Part shown: piece after piece, positions 8,685 to 18,519 of the stretch
How the letters are laid out: every line of letters starts with the position of its first letter
How positions within the stretch are numbered: the stretch's first letter is position 1
DNA from: Saprospiraceae bacterium
Lineage (GTDB): Bacteria > Bacteroidota > Bacteroidia > Chitinophagales > Saprospiraceae
Length of the DNA: 42,522 nt
Assembly (NCBI GenBank): GCA_033762055.1
Contig: JANRLZ010000061.1
Span: forward strand, 1 to 42,522
Direction: 5' to 3'
Made by a program: the position numbers and the translations under genes
Notes under the pieces: generated by a model
The model's database searches: none
What the model saw: the letters and a program-made list of their open reading frames with translations, nothing else
What the model was told of the DNA's origin: nothing

Positions 8685-11600
8685 ATGAAACAGATAATTT
8701 CCATTTTTACCTTTTTCGGCTTACTGGTCGGCGGGCTGAACGCCCAAACCAAAATCACTTCTTCCACATTCGGCGCCATAGAAGCCCGCAGTATCGGTCC
8801 GGCTGTCATGGGCGGCCGTATTACCGCCATCGAAGGCGTCAATAATACGCCCAAAATCATCTACGTAGGCACTGCCGGCGGCGGCGTGTGGAAATCCACG
8901 ACGGCCGGGATGACCTTCGAACCTGTTTTTGAAAAATATCCGCAAAGCATCGGCTGCCTTGCCGTTGATCAAAATAAACCTGAAACTGTATGGGTAGGTA
9001 CCGGCGAAAGCAATATGCGCAACAGCGTTGCTGTCGGGCTGGGCCTCTACAAAACCACCGACGCCGGTCGCAACTGGACCCGTGTCGGGTTTGAAAATTC
9101 GGAACATATCTCCAAAATCGTCCTTCACCCGACCGACCCCAATGTGCTCTATGTAGCCGTTCCCGGCAAACTGTGGAGCGACAGCCCTGACCGCGGCCTT
9201 TATAAATCTGCCGATGCCGGCAAAACCTGGGAAAAAATTCTGTACACCGACGAAAAAACCGGCTGCGCCGATATCATCATGGACCCCCGCAACCCGGATG
9301 TTTTGCTGGCCTCCATGTGGCAGTTTCGCCGGACGCCCTATTCATTTGTGTCGGGCGGCCCCGGCAGCGCGCTCTACAAAAGCACGGATGGTGGCAAAAA
9401 CTGGCGTAAAATCAGCAACGGCATTCCCTCCGGCGAAATCGGTCGTATCGCACTGGCACTGGCCCCCAGCGCTCCCGACAACATGCTGGCCATCGTTGAA
9501 AGTGAAAAAACCAGCCTGCTCATTTCATCCGACGGCGGCGAATCCTGGAAATACCAAAGCGCTTCCAGCAACGTAACCGCGCGCCCCTTCTATTTCAGCA
9601 CCCTCGTGGTGGATCCTAAAGACCCCAAAAGAGTGTATCGCCCCGCTTTCTCCCTGTCTATCAGCACCGACGGCGGCTACTCCTTCAGCGAAGCCAGCAA
9701 TGCCGGCGGGTGGGTACATTCCGACCATCACGCCCTCTGGATCAATCCGAACAACACCCACCACATGTACCTCGGCACCGACGGCGGAGTGTACATGAGC
9801 CTCGATCAGGGCGTCACCTGGACACACCTCAATACCCTGCCGGTATCGCAGTTTTATCATGTTTCGGTGGATAATAAAACACCCTATAATGTGTATGGCG
9901 GCTTGCAGGACAATGGTTCCTGGCGCGGCCCCTCGCAAAGCGTCGGCGGGATTGACAACAGCGACTGGCTTAGTCTCTTTGGCGGCGACGGTTTTTGGGT
10001 GCAACCCGATGAAACCGACCCCGATATTGTGTTTTGCGAATTTCAGGGAGGCGAAGTGTCGAAAGTAAATCTGCGCACCAACCAATCACAACTCATTCAG
10101 CCACAGCCGGGAAAAGGGGAAGAGGAATATCGCTGGAACTGGAATACTCCGCTGGTAAAAAGTCCGGTGAATCCGAAAATCCTGTACATCGGCAGCCAGC
10201 ACCTGTTTAAAACCGGCGACCGCGGGCACAGTTGGCAGCGCATCTCTCCCGACCTGACGACCAACAACAAGGAAAAACAAAAACAGGCCGAAAGCGGTGG
10301 CGTTACCGTGGATAACACCAGCGCCGAAAACCACTGCACAATTTTCAGTATCGGCCCTTCACCGCTCGATGAAAACCTGATTTTCGTGGGTACCGACGAC
10401 GGCAATATCCAGGTAACCCGCGACGGCGGAAAAAACTGGGAACTGATTTCAAACAATATTCCCGGCGTGCCGCCCGGCACCTGGGTAAGCCGCGTAACCC
10501 CCAGCCGTTTTGACCGAAATGTGGTGTACGCCACTTTCGACAACCATGCCTACGGCGACATGAAAACTTACGTGGCCAAATCGGCCGACGGCGGCAAAAC
10601 CTGGACCAATATCGGCGCCGACAAAGTACTGCAAGGCTATGCGCATGTGATCGTTGAAGACCTGCAAAACCGCGAGTTGCTTTTCCTCGGCACTGAATTC
10701 GGGCTGTATATCAGCAACGACGGCGGGCAATCCTGGGTGTTGTACAAATCCAAATTGCCTGAATATGTGGCCGTACGCGATATCGTGATACACCCTTCCA
10801 CCAACGACCTGGTGTTGGCCACACACGGCCGTGGTATTTTTATCGTGGATGATATTTCGCCCTTGCGGCGACTGGGGAAAGACATTCTCGAAAAAGACGC
10901 CGCGCTGTTGCCTACCCGTCCGGCGGTCGTTAGCAGCGGTCATTATGGACAGGCTTTCCCCAGCACCGACTCCTATGCCGGGCCAAATACGCCGGAAATT
11001 GCCACCATCCAATATTATCTCAAAGACCGCCTCAATACCGGCGATGTCACGGTAGAAATTATTGACCAAAACGGGAAAGTGATCGCTTCCATGCCTGGTA
11101 CCAAGCGCAAAGGGGTCAATTTCGTACGCTGGGATATGCGTACCGCTCCGCCGCGTGCGGCGAAAGGGGTCATTTCACAGGGAGAAATTGGCATTTACGC
11201 CGGTTTCATCGGTCGCCTGGTAATGCCCGGCACCTACACCGTTCGCCTGAAAGCAGGCAATTTTACGGACGAGGGTAACATTACCTTGCTTCCCGATCCT
11301 TTGCAACCCGAACTGGATTATGCCAAAAAACGCGGTATTTCCGACGGGCTTTTTGACATGGTCGAAGACCTCGGTTTGCTTGAAGCCCAGGTACGTAACC
11401 TGAAAGACAGTGTAGACCAGCGTATTTCGCTTACGAAAGACAAAAAACTGACGGCCAGCCTCACCCAGTTGAGCGGCAATCTGGATGCTTTCCGGAAAAC
11501 GCTGACCGAAACCATTGAATCAAAAGGGATTACCGGCGAACAACAACTGCGCGCCAAGGTCGGCAAACTGTATGTTTACACCGAGTTTTCCGACAACATG

Positions 11601-11846
11601 CCCACTCAGTCGGTCATGGACGGAGCGGTGGTGATGCGCGATGAATTGAAGCAGGCACAAGCCAAAGCCCAGGGGTATTTCCAAAAAGACCTGGCTGCAG
11701 TCAATGCCATGCTGGCGAAAGCCAAACTGCCGGCCCTCAAGGTGATTGACAAATCCGAGTGGGAAAAACAAAACGGGCAATCGGCGCCGGCGGTGATTAA
11801 ACCATTTTGGTGGCCGAATCTGACCAAGCAAACTGCAGAAGAATAA
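8685..11846 (+). CDS. BNR/Asp-box repeat, sortilin/VPS10-like beta-propeller protein (glycosyl-hydrolase-like), secreted
   Basis: I chose the ATG at 8685 (MKQIISIFTFFGLLVGGLNAQ signal); the ORF-track start at 8679 is a TTG. About ten SxDxGxxW Asp-boxes are visible, for example TTDAGRNWTRV, SADAGKTWEKI, STDGGKNWRKI, SSDGGESWKY, TRDGGKNWELI, SADGGKTWTNI and SNDGGQSWVL. Confidence 0.8.
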   Translation: MKQIISIFTFFGLLVGGLNAQTKITSSTFGAIEARSIGPAVMGGRITAIEGVNNTPKIIYVGTAGGGVWKSTTAGMTFEPVFEKYPQSIGCLAVDQNKPETVWVGTGESNMRNSVAVGLGLYKTTDAGRNWTRVGFENSEHISKIVLHPTDPNVLYVAVPGKLWSDSPDRGLYKSADAGKTWEKILYTDEKTGCADIIMDPRNPDVLLASMWQFRRTPYSFVSGGPGSALYKSTDGGKNWRKISNGIPSGEIGRIALALAPSAPDNMLAIVESEKTSLLISSDGGESWKYQSASSNVTARPFYFSTLVVDPKDPKRVYRPAFSLSISTDGGYSFSEASNAGGWVHSDHHALWINPNNTHHMYLGTDGGVYMSLDQGVTWTHLNTLPVSQFYHVSVDNKTPYNVYGGLQDNGSWRGPSQSVGGIDNSDWLSLFGGDGFWVQPDETDPDIVFCEFQGGEVSKVNLRTNQSQLIQPQPGKGEEEYRWNWNTPLVKSPVNPKILYIGSQHLFKTGDRGHSWQRISPDLTTNNKEKQKQAESGGVTVDNTSAENHCTIFSIGPSPLDENLIFVGTDDGNIQVTRDGGKNWELISNNIPGVPPGTWVSRVTPSRFDRNVVYATFDNHAYGDMKTYVAKSADGGKTWTNIGADKVLQGYAHVIVEDLQNRELLFLGTEFGLYISNDGGQSWVLYKSKLPEYVAVRDIVIHPSTNDLVLATHGRGIFIVDDISPLRRLGKDILEKDAALLPTRPAVVSSGHYGQAFPSTDSYAGPNTPEIATIQYYLKDRLNTGDVTVEIIDQNGKVIASMPGTKRKGVNFVRWDMRTAPPRAAKGVISQGEIGIYAGFIGRLVMPGTYTVRLKAGNFTDEGNITLLPDPLQPELDYAKKRGISDGLFDMVEDLGLLEAQVRNLKDSVDQRISLTKDKKLTASLTQLSGNLDAFRKTLTETIESKGITGEQQLRAKVGKLYVYTEFSDNMPTQSVMDGAVVMRDELKQAQAKAQGYFQKDLAAVNAMLAKAKLPALKVIDKSEWEKQNGQSAPAVIKPFWWPNLTKQTAEE

Positions 11847-11853
11847 GTAATAG

Positions 11854-11994
11854 CGGGAAAGGCGGGCGTCACATCGAGGTATGACATTTAAAACATGCAT
11901 GGATCATCCAGATCCATACATGTTCTAAAGCGGCGATTAAATTTATTTCCGATAAATTTGCCGTTCTTATTCCTTCATCCGCTCGCCTTTCCCG
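11854..11994. repeat. Nested inverted-repeat element in the BNR / trpR-like intergenic region
   Basis: The outer 15-nt inverted repeat is CGGGAAAGGCGGGCG (11854-11868) with CGCTCGCCTTTCCCG (11980-11994), 14/15 complementary. An inner 14-bp palindrome pairs AACATGCATGGATC (11892-11905) with GATCCATACATGTT (11911-11924), 13/14. A third 8-bp inverted repeat pairs AAATTTAT (11939-11946) with ATAAATTT (11952-11959). Confidence 0.6.
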
Positions 11995-11999
11995 TATTT

Positions 12000-12254
12000 A
12001 TGCTTTACCAACTGTTCCAATCTTCGCTGAGCGAAAGCGATTTTAACGAGCTTTTGCATCTGACCTTCACCGAACACGAACGCGCCATGATGCTCGAACG
12101 ATGGCGCATTTTCGACGCCTTCGAACGCGGCCTTTCACAGCGTGAAGTAGCCCGGGAAGTGCCCTGTAGTATCGTTACCGCTACCCGCGGCGCCAAGGTT
12201 TTCAGAGAAAACAAGGAGGCGGTCAAAAAACACCTCGAACGCTGGCGACAATGA
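12000..12254 (+). CDS. TrpR-like (YerC/YecD family) DNA-binding protein
   Basis: I chose the ATG at 12000 (84 aa). The segment ERAMMLERWRIFDAFERGLSQREVAREVPCSIVTATRGAKV matches the Trp-repressor-fold HTH. The upstream in-frame extension overlaps the palindromes and looks non-coding. Confidence 0.65.
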   Translation: MLYQLFQSSLSESDFNELLHLTFTEHERAMMLERWRIFDAFERGLSQREVAREVPCSIVTATRGAKVFRENKEAVKKHLERWRQ

Positions 12255-12260
12255 CCGTCG

Positions 12261-13586
12261 CTATACCCGCGTAATTTTTGCGCCGATGGCATTGAGGCGC
12301 TGGTCAATATGCTGGTAACCCCGGTCAATTTGGTGCACATTGTGAATCACACTCTTGCCATTGGCAGATAAGGCCGCTATCAATAACGCCTGACCAGCCC
12401 GGATGTCGGGAGAAGTCATTTCGATACCGCGCAAGGGGTATCGCCGGTCTAGTCCGATGACAGTGGCGCGGTGCGGGTCACAAAGAATGATCTGTGCGCC
12501 CATGTCAATCAGTTTATCCGTAAAAAACAGGCGACTTTCAAACATTTTCTGGTGTACCAGCACACTCCCGCGCGCCTGTGTGGCGGTGACGAGTATGATT
12601 GACATCAGGTCGGGCGTAAATCCGGGCCAGGGCGCGTCATAAATGGTGAGGATAGAACCATCAATAAAGGTTGCAATTTCATAATGCTCCTGAGCGGGAA
12701 TGTACAGATCATCGCCTTTTTGCTCGATTTGAATGCCGAGTCGCTCGAAGGTGTAGGGAATGATACCGAGGTGTTCGATACCGGCGTTTTTGATGGTGAT
12801 CTCGCTTTGTGTCATGGCCGCCAGGCCGATAAATGAGCCGATCTCAATCATGTCGGGCAGGCAACGGTGTTCCGTTCCGCCTAATTGACTCACCCCTTCA
12901 ATGTGCAGCAGATTGGAGCCTACGCCTTCGATTTTGGCGCCCATTCGCTGAAGCATTCGGCAAAGTTGCTGCACATAAGGCTCGCAAGCGGCATTATAAA
13001 TGGTGGTTTTCCCCTTGGCCAGCACTGCCGACATGACCACGTTGGCGGTACCGGTCACGGAAATTTCATCCATGTGAAGGTAGGCGCCCCGGAGTCCGCC
13101 AGGCGCTTGCTCTACATAGTAAATATCTTTTTCGTCGTCGTATTTGAATTCGGCGCCGAGCTTCTGGAAGCCCAAAAAGTGCGTATCAAGGCGACGGCGC
13201 CCGATCTTGTCGCCGCCGGGTTTGGGCAGTGTGGCCCGTCCAAAACGCGCAAGCAAAGGTCCGATCAGCATAACCGACCCGCGCAGCCGCTGGGCATCGC
13301 GCATAAATTCTTCCGAGCGCAGATACTGTATGTTGACGGTACCGGCACAAAACCGATAGGTGTCAGGAGCAAGCCGCTCCACCGTCACGCCAAGGCCGCG
13401 CAACAGTTCAATGAGTTTGTTGACATCCAGAATGTCGGGTACATTGGAAATGGTAACCGGATCGTCGGTGAGCAGAACGGCGGATACAACTTGGAGGGCT
13501 TCATTTTTGGCGCCCTGGGGTTGAAGTTCGCCGCGCAGCGGCTGACCTCCAATTACTTCAAAACTGTCGAGTTGCATGAATGACAA
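12261..13586 (-). CDS. murA: UDP-N-acetylglucosamine 1-carboxyvinyltransferase
   Basis: The 441-aa protein has MurA-typical segments (QPQGAKNEALQVVSAVLL, LPKPGGDKIGRRRLDTH, PGFPTD-like WPGFTPDLMS, and a C-terminal GYQHIDQRLNAIGAKI). Confidence 0.9.
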   Translation of the reverse strand: MSFMQLDSFEVIGGQPLRGELQPQGAKNEALQVVSAVLLTDDPVTISNVPDILDVNKLIELLRGLGVTVERLAPDTYRFCAGTVNIQYLRSEEFMRDAQRLRGSVMLIGPLLARFGRATLPKPGGDKIGRRRLDTHFLGFQKLGAEFKYDDEKDIYYVEQAPGGLRGAYLHMDEISVTGTANVVMSAVLAKGKTTIYNAACEPYVQQLCRMLQRMGAKIEGVGSNLLHIEGVSQLGGTEHRCLPDMIEIGSFIGLAAMTQSEITIKNAGIEHLGIIPYTFERLGIQIEQKGDDLYIPAQEHYEIATFIDGSILTIYDAPWPGFTPDLMSIILVTATQARGSVLVHQKMFESRLFFTDKLIDMGAQIILCDPHRATVIGLDRRYPLRGIEMTSPDIRAGQALLIAALSANGKSVIHNVHQIDRGYQHIDQRLNAIGAKITRV

Positions 13587-13942
13587 ATGGCTGGAAACGG
13601 GTTCGCGTTGGCAAGGCGGGCAAAGGTAGGCAGTCGTTCCAATATGGCTACACGGTGATTGCTGTGATTTATGGGATAACTGCTAACGGTTATATCAAAA
13701 ATTGAACCCTGCAAAAAAAAACACACAGACGCCGGGTTGTGCCGGTCAGACTTCGCAAAGTTGACGTACAGGACAGGAGAATCGGGGTCGGGAAGCCAGC
13801 GATGTTGCCGGACAAGTCAACGGCACACTGTTTCCTTGAGTCGGTCGCGTGTCCTAAAAAATGAGTGTTCGAGTCGCCGCAGAAAATCGGCGCCTGTGTG
13901 CTCGCAAAGGTAGACGGATCCTGGTCAAAAAACAAGCGGGAA

Positions 13943-15619
13943 TTATTTCACCCGGATGCCCATCAACTGCCGCCCGCCCTGATCGAGCAGCAGTTTGTTC
14001 CATGCGCCATTTTCATCGGGGGTAAATTCCAGTTCGCCATCCACTACTTTCAGGAAAAAGCGCGTAGGCGTCAAGGCAAATATTTCCACGCGCGGCTGTC
14101 CGGTAGCCTGGCAATACAACTGCGTTCCTTCATGACTGATGGTAATATTAAAACCGGGCATCATCAGGTATTCGCCATCGAAAGGAGCGATTTGCGCTTC
14201 GGTAAGCGCCAGTTCGGGCCGGGCGGCAGGCAATGGCTGATCGGTTTTAACCCATGCGTTTTCAGCGGCCGAGCGGTCGCTGACGTTGGCCTTGATCACT
14301 TTTTTTCCACCGCTTTTTTCCCGGAGAAATTCGATGCGGGCAAATGAGTTTTCAAAGAAAAAACGGTCGGCGCCATAGTTCAACAGTTTGAACCGCGAGC
14401 CGCCTTTCCGCATCGAATACAGTTCGCCGTTTTCAACGGTGATAAAACGCTGTTCTTTTTTGTCGTTTTCATACACCCCAACATAGTCGTTCAACAACGC
14501 CGGATTGATGGCCACGGCTTCGGGCTGATATGTTTTACCTGTAAGCAGGGCGGCAATGCGCGGACTCAGTTCGCGGGGCGGTTCGCAGTCGCAATTGGTC
14601 AGAATGGCCACGCAGACCTCTTCTTTGGGCAGATAAAGTAAATCGCTGAGAAAGCCGTGGATGCCGCCGCTGTGTTCTACCGTTGGACTTCCGAGCAGGT
14701 TGCCGAGTTGCAGGCCGTAACCGTAATTAGTGGCTGTGCCATTGCTGAGTACATACGAAGTGGTGGCTTTTTTCAGTGATTCGGGCTGGAGCACCTTTCC
14801 GCCGTGGAGCGCGCGCGTCCAAATCCACAAATCTTCCACCGTTGAAAGCAGCGAGCCGGCAGCATAGGGTTGTGTCATGCTGAGAAAGGCGGCGTTGGCA
14901 TACGTACCTTCGTTGTCGGCCTGCGAATAACCCGAAGCGCGGTTTTTGATGAGCGGTTGCGTGTCGCCATAGTAAGAGTTTTTCATGCCAAGGGGCATGA
15001 AAAACTGCTCACGGATGTACTCGGCATAGGTTTTACCCGATACTTTTTCGATGATATAGCCGAGCAGGATGTATCCTGAGTTGTTGTAACGGTATTCGGC
15101 GCCGGGATCAAAATCCATGGGCTGATCCTTGAAATAAGCAACCAGTTCTTCCGGCGTAAAATCTTTACGGTGGGTTTGTTCGTCCCACTCTTTCATGCCG
15201 GTGTAACTTTTGATCCCCGAGGTATGGGTGAGCAGGTGCTCGACCGTAATTTTTTTGCCGTGCGTAGGGTAATCAGGCAGAAATCGGGTGAGTTCGTCCT
15301 GCAAGGAGAGTTTTCCTGTTTCAGCAAGGCGAAGAATAGCGGCAGCAGTAAACTGTTTGGTGATCGAACCGATGCGGAAAACATGGTCGGTGCGCAGCGG
15401 CACATTCAGTTCGAGATGGGCCATGCCAAAGGCCTTGTGATAAATGATTTTGCCCTTTTGGGCCACCAATACCGCAGCGCCCGGAGCGTCGGGTTTGAAA
15501 TGTTCTGCGAATAATTGGTCAATACTGGTTTCGAGCTGGGCCGGGGTGCTTTGCGCCGGCAATTGGGCGCTGCTCAGGAACCATCCGAGCAGCCATGTGC
15601 CGAAAAGAAGTTGTTTCAT
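13943..15619 (-). CDS. Secreted serine hydrolase of the beta-lactamase/PBP (class C-like) family with a C-terminal extension domain
   Basis: I chose the ATG at 15619 (MKQLLFGTWLLGWFLSSAQLPAQ signal). The SxxK motif is present in RIGSITKQFTAAAIL, and YxN is present in YNNSGY. Confidence 0.8.
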   Translation of the reverse strand: MKQLLFGTWLLGWFLSSAQLPAQSTPAQLETSIDQLFAEHFKPDAPGAAVLVAQKGKIIYHKAFGMAHLELNVPLRTDHVFRIGSITKQFTAAAILRLAETGKLSLQDELTRFLPDYPTHGKKITVEHLLTHTSGIKSYTGMKEWDEQTHRKDFTPEELVAYFKDQPMDFDPGAEYRYNNSGYILLGYIIEKVSGKTYAEYIREQFFMPLGMKNSYYGDTQPLIKNRASGYSQADNEGTYANAAFLSMTQPYAAGSLLSTVEDLWIWTRALHGGKVLQPESLKKATTSYVLSNGTATNYGYGLQLGNLLGSPTVEHSGGIHGFLSDLLYLPKEEVCVAILTNCDCEPPRELSPRIAALLTGKTYQPEAVAINPALLNDYVGVYENDKKEQRFITVENGELYSMRKGGSRFKLLNYGADRFFFENSFARIEFLREKSGGKKVIKANVSDRSAAENAWVKTDQPLPAARPELALTEAQIAPFDGEYLMMPGFNITISHEGTQLYCQATGQPRVEIFALTPTRFFLKVVDGELEFTPDENGAWNKLLLDQGGRQLMGIRVK

Positions 15620-15845
15620 GCTTGAAAAAAATTGGTTGAAAATTTTTCGGCGCTGATTTGGATGTACTTGCACCGCAAAGGCCCGGGAATTAAGCGGCAA
15701 TTCCGAAAAGGCTCGACCAGCTGGGAGATATTATCGGCGTTCTGTCTGTTTTTGCCCACCTGACAATGCAGCCATCAATACGCGCCAAAGCTCTTTCCCG
15801 TTTTTCATTCCGGGGCGGTACATTTGCGCCACAACTGAGAAAACT

Positions 15846-16373
15846 ATGCTCGCACCGCTCCGCTCACTTTTGTTTAATAAAGCCTTACGCGAATTGCTGA
15901 ATTCACAAAAAAGAACCCGGCAGGTTCATACGTTCGACAGCGCCCGCAGCGTCGGACTTTTGTTTGATGCCACTGACGCAACCTCGCGGAAAGAAAGCCT
16001 CGAATTCGCCCGATCTTTGGAAAAACAGGGGAAAAAAGTGCGCGTACTCGGCTATTTTAATACAAAACCAGGAACGGAATCGCCTGATTTCGACGCGTTT
16101 TTTGTAAAAGAAACCGGCTGGACGGGCAAACCAAACAGCGAAAAAGCCGAAAAATTCATCCGTGAAAAATTCGACTTGCTGCTTACCCTCAACCCCGACG
16201 AACACCGGCCCCTGGAGTGGCTCGCCGCAGCTTCGCAGGCGGCGTTTAAAATCGGTTTTGCCACGCATCGCCCCAACGATTTTGATATCCAGCTGGAAAC
16301 GCCCGAAGGCAAAGGCATCCGCTACTTTACCGAACAACTCGCGCTTTATTTAGGTAAAATTGTCCTGAAATGA
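15846..16373 (+). CDS. Conserved hypothetical protein, translationally coupled to dapA
   Basis: This 175-aa ORF has a stop that overlaps the dapA start (ATGA at 16370-16373). I recognise no catalytic motif. Confidence 0.5.
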   Translation: MLAPLRSLLFNKALRELLNSQKRTRQVHTFDSARSVGLLFDATDATSRKESLEFARSLEKQGKKVRVLGYFNTKPGTESPDFDAFFVKETGWTGKPNSEKAEKFIREKFDLLLTLNPDEHRPLEWLAAASQAAFKIGFATHRPNDFDIQLETPEGKGIRYFTEQLALYLGKIVLK

Positions 16374-17257
16374 ATTTACATCAAAAATTGCGCGGCACCG
16401 GCGTCGCGCTGGTTACCCCGTTTAAAAACGGCGCGATTGACTGGGATGCGCTCGAACGCGTCATCGAACATACAATCGCAGGCGGGGTGGAGTTTCTCGT
16501 CAGCCTCGGCACCACCGGCGAATCCAGCACCACCTCTGAGACCGAGCAGCGACAAATTCTTGATTTTACCATCAAGACCAACCGGGGTCGCTTGCCGCTG
16601 GTGGCCGGCGTGTTCGGCGGAAACAACACCGCCGCCATGGTGGAAAAAATTCAACACTTCAATTTTGAAGGAATAGATGCCCTGCTCTCCAGCAACCCGG
16701 CCTACAACAAACCCGGACAGGAAGGTATTTTTAAACACTACATGGCTTTGGCCGATGCATCGCCACGGCCCCTTATCATTTACAACGTACCCAGTCGCAC
16801 CGCCTCGAATATGAGCGCGGAAACCACGCTGCGCCTGGCCCATGCCAGCGAAAAATTTATTGCCGTCAAGGAAGCCTCTGACGATATTTACCAAATCATG
16901 AAAATCATCAAAGGCCGCCCCGACCACTTTCTGGTGCTCAGCGGCGATGATTTTATCACGCTGCCACTCATCGCCGCCGGCGGCGACGGGGTCGTGTCGG
17001 TCATCGCCAATACCCTGCCGCGACCATTTACCGACATGGTGCGCGCCGCTTTGCGCCAGGATCTGCCCACCGCCCGCGCACTGAATTTCAAACTGCTCGA
17101 ACTGTACAAACTGCTTTTTGCCGAAGGCAATCCGGTCGGCGTAAAAGCCGCCCTCGAACTGCAAGGCCTTTGCAGCCGCGAAGTACGCCTGCCCCTCGTG
17201 CCCATGACCGAACAGGGCGTGCACGATATTATGGAAAGGATGAGGGATGAGGGATGA
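16370..17257 (+). CDS. dapA: 4-hydroxy-tetrahydrodipicolinate synthase
   Basis: DapA hallmarks are present: GTGVALVTPF, VSLGTTGES, YNVPSRT and the lysine region AVKEASDD. Confidence 0.9.
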   Translation: MNLHQKLRGTGVALVTPFKNGAIDWDALERVIEHTIAGGVEFLVSLGTTGESSTTSETEQRQILDFTIKTNRGRLPLVAGVFGGNNTAAMVEKIQHFNFEGIDALLSSNPAYNKPGQEGIFKHYMALADASPRPLIIYNVPSRTASNMSAETTLRLAHASEKFIAVKEASDDIYQIMKIIKGRPDHFLVLSGDDFITLPLIAAGGDGVVSVIANTLPRPFTDMVRAALRQDLPTARALNFKLLELYKLLFAEGNPVGVKAALELQGLCSREVRLPLVPMTEQGVHDIMERMRDEG

Positions 17258-17264
17258 GGGATGT

Positions 17265-18434
17265 TCAATTCCCCTGCTCAAAAACGACCGAAAGCCGGGT
17301 TTTTTCCCAGTCCACCTGCATGATATTTCCGGAGGGGCCAGGTACAATAGAAATATGCAGTTTTTCGACATGTTCGGGCAGCGATTCTTCTTTCATTTTT
17401 ACCCGCAACACATCAGTGGCAGGGTCATACTCTGTTCCCCAGATTTTTGTTTTACTGTTGAAACAAAGTTGCCAGTCTGTTTCGCCGGGCAAGACGAACA
17501 AGCTGTAGGCGCCCGCCGGCAGTGTTTTATTTTCGATAGCGACAGCGGAAGAAAAACTGATCTCTGTGGCATTATTGGCGCCAAGCCGCCAGAACTTCCC
17601 TTTCGGTACAATACCGCCAAACACTTGCCGACCCCTCGCCGACGGACGCCAGTAGTTGACCGTTATTTTTTGTTTATCCTGTTCAAAGACCAGGGTATCG
17701 CGGGTGGAAACCACCAGCGGCGCGGCGCCGGAAAGTTGTTTGCGCAAGAATTGTTTTTTTAACGCCTCAAAATCGGCATCCCGGTAGGCTTTGGCGTTGA
17801 AATTGAGGGACGACCCCAGCGCATCTATCGAGAGAAGGCGGTCTTTTTTATCCAAATACAGGGTGATGGCCCCCATAAAACTACTGCGAACCAATACTTT
17901 GCGCTTTTCCAGTCTTTTTACCGTGAAATCGCGAGAGCCGATCGGGTTCACATGTTTAAAAAGCAGTGAATCCCCTGTTTTTTTGGGGGCACGGAAACCA
18001 TAAAACGGAAAAAGCTGAAAACTGGCCGCGTCGCCGCTATTGGTCAGGATACAATGCCCGGCATAGGCGCGTCTGGTTGTTTTTCCGTCGCGGGTAAGCA
18101 GAATAACCATAGAATCGGCAGTCGTGCTGAGTTCGGTGTGTTGTACAGTCTGCCATTCGCCGGAGTTGACCGGGGCCATGACCCGCGACGACAAACTTTT
18201 CAGGTTCCCATTGGGGAAAAAGACGCCTTTCCCTTCAGTAAGTCGTAAACCTTGCGGAGTAGAAAGGATGTCGGAGCGGAAGCTGTCGCCTCGAATTTCG
18301 AAACGATGAATGAAGGTGGTATCCGTTCCAAGTGTGATAATCAATACGCCGGCGTCGTGAATCGGTGCTTGCGCATATAGTAGCCCCAAACGGCAAACGA
18401 ATGCGAGCAGCAAAAGTTTTTGTTTGAAATTCAT
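17265..18434 (-). CDS. DUF2911 domain-containing secreted protein with an N-terminal extension
   Basis: A signal peptide is present (MNFKQKLLLLAFVCRLGLLYAQ). The C-terminal region WRPSARGRQVFGGIVPKGKFWRLGANNATEISF...LPAGAYSLFVLPGETDWQLCFN matches my memory of DUF2911. Confidence 0.65.
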   Translation of the reverse strand: MNFKQKLLLLAFVCRLGLLYAQAPIHDAGVLIITLGTDTTFIHRFEIRGDSFRSDILSTPQGLRLTEGKGVFFPNGNLKSLSSRVMAPVNSGEWQTVQHTELSTTADSMVILLTRDGKTTRRAYAGHCILTNSGDAASFQLFPFYGFRAPKKTGDSLLFKHVNPIGSRDFTVKRLEKRKVLVRSSFMGAITLYLDKKDRLLSIDALGSSLNFNAKAYRDADFEALKKQFLRKQLSGAAPLVVSTRDTLVFEQDKQKITVNYWRPSARGRQVFGGIVPKGKFWRLGANNATEISFSSAVAIENKTLPAGAYSLFVLPGETDWQLCFNSKTKIWGTEYDPATDVLRVKMKEESLPEHVEKLHISIVPGPSGNIMQVDWEKTRLSVVFEQGN

Positions 18435-18519
18435 AGCTTTCTAATTTTTATTTTCAGACTTGTTGCGGCGGGGTTAATAATTTTCGGATAGGACAAATTC
18501 TTCCATAATCGCGAATCCT

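Noticed and set aside
13587-13942. A 356-nt gap upstream of murA, with an 81-aa minus-strand ORF at 13690-13935. I considered a small gene or an ncRNA.
   Set aside because: The ORF translation shows no protein-like features. I found no strong hairpin or known RNA core by eye. It is most simply the murA promoter and leader plus the 3' UTR of the hydrolase gene.
17238-17263. A 7-nt tandem repeat, GGATGAG x3.7, spanning the dapA stop codon. I considered a slip-strand phase-variation site.
   Set aside because: It affects only the last few codons. The repeat supplies a TGA in all three frames, so slippage would barely change DapA. It also sits in the 7-nt gap before the convergent DUF2911 stop.
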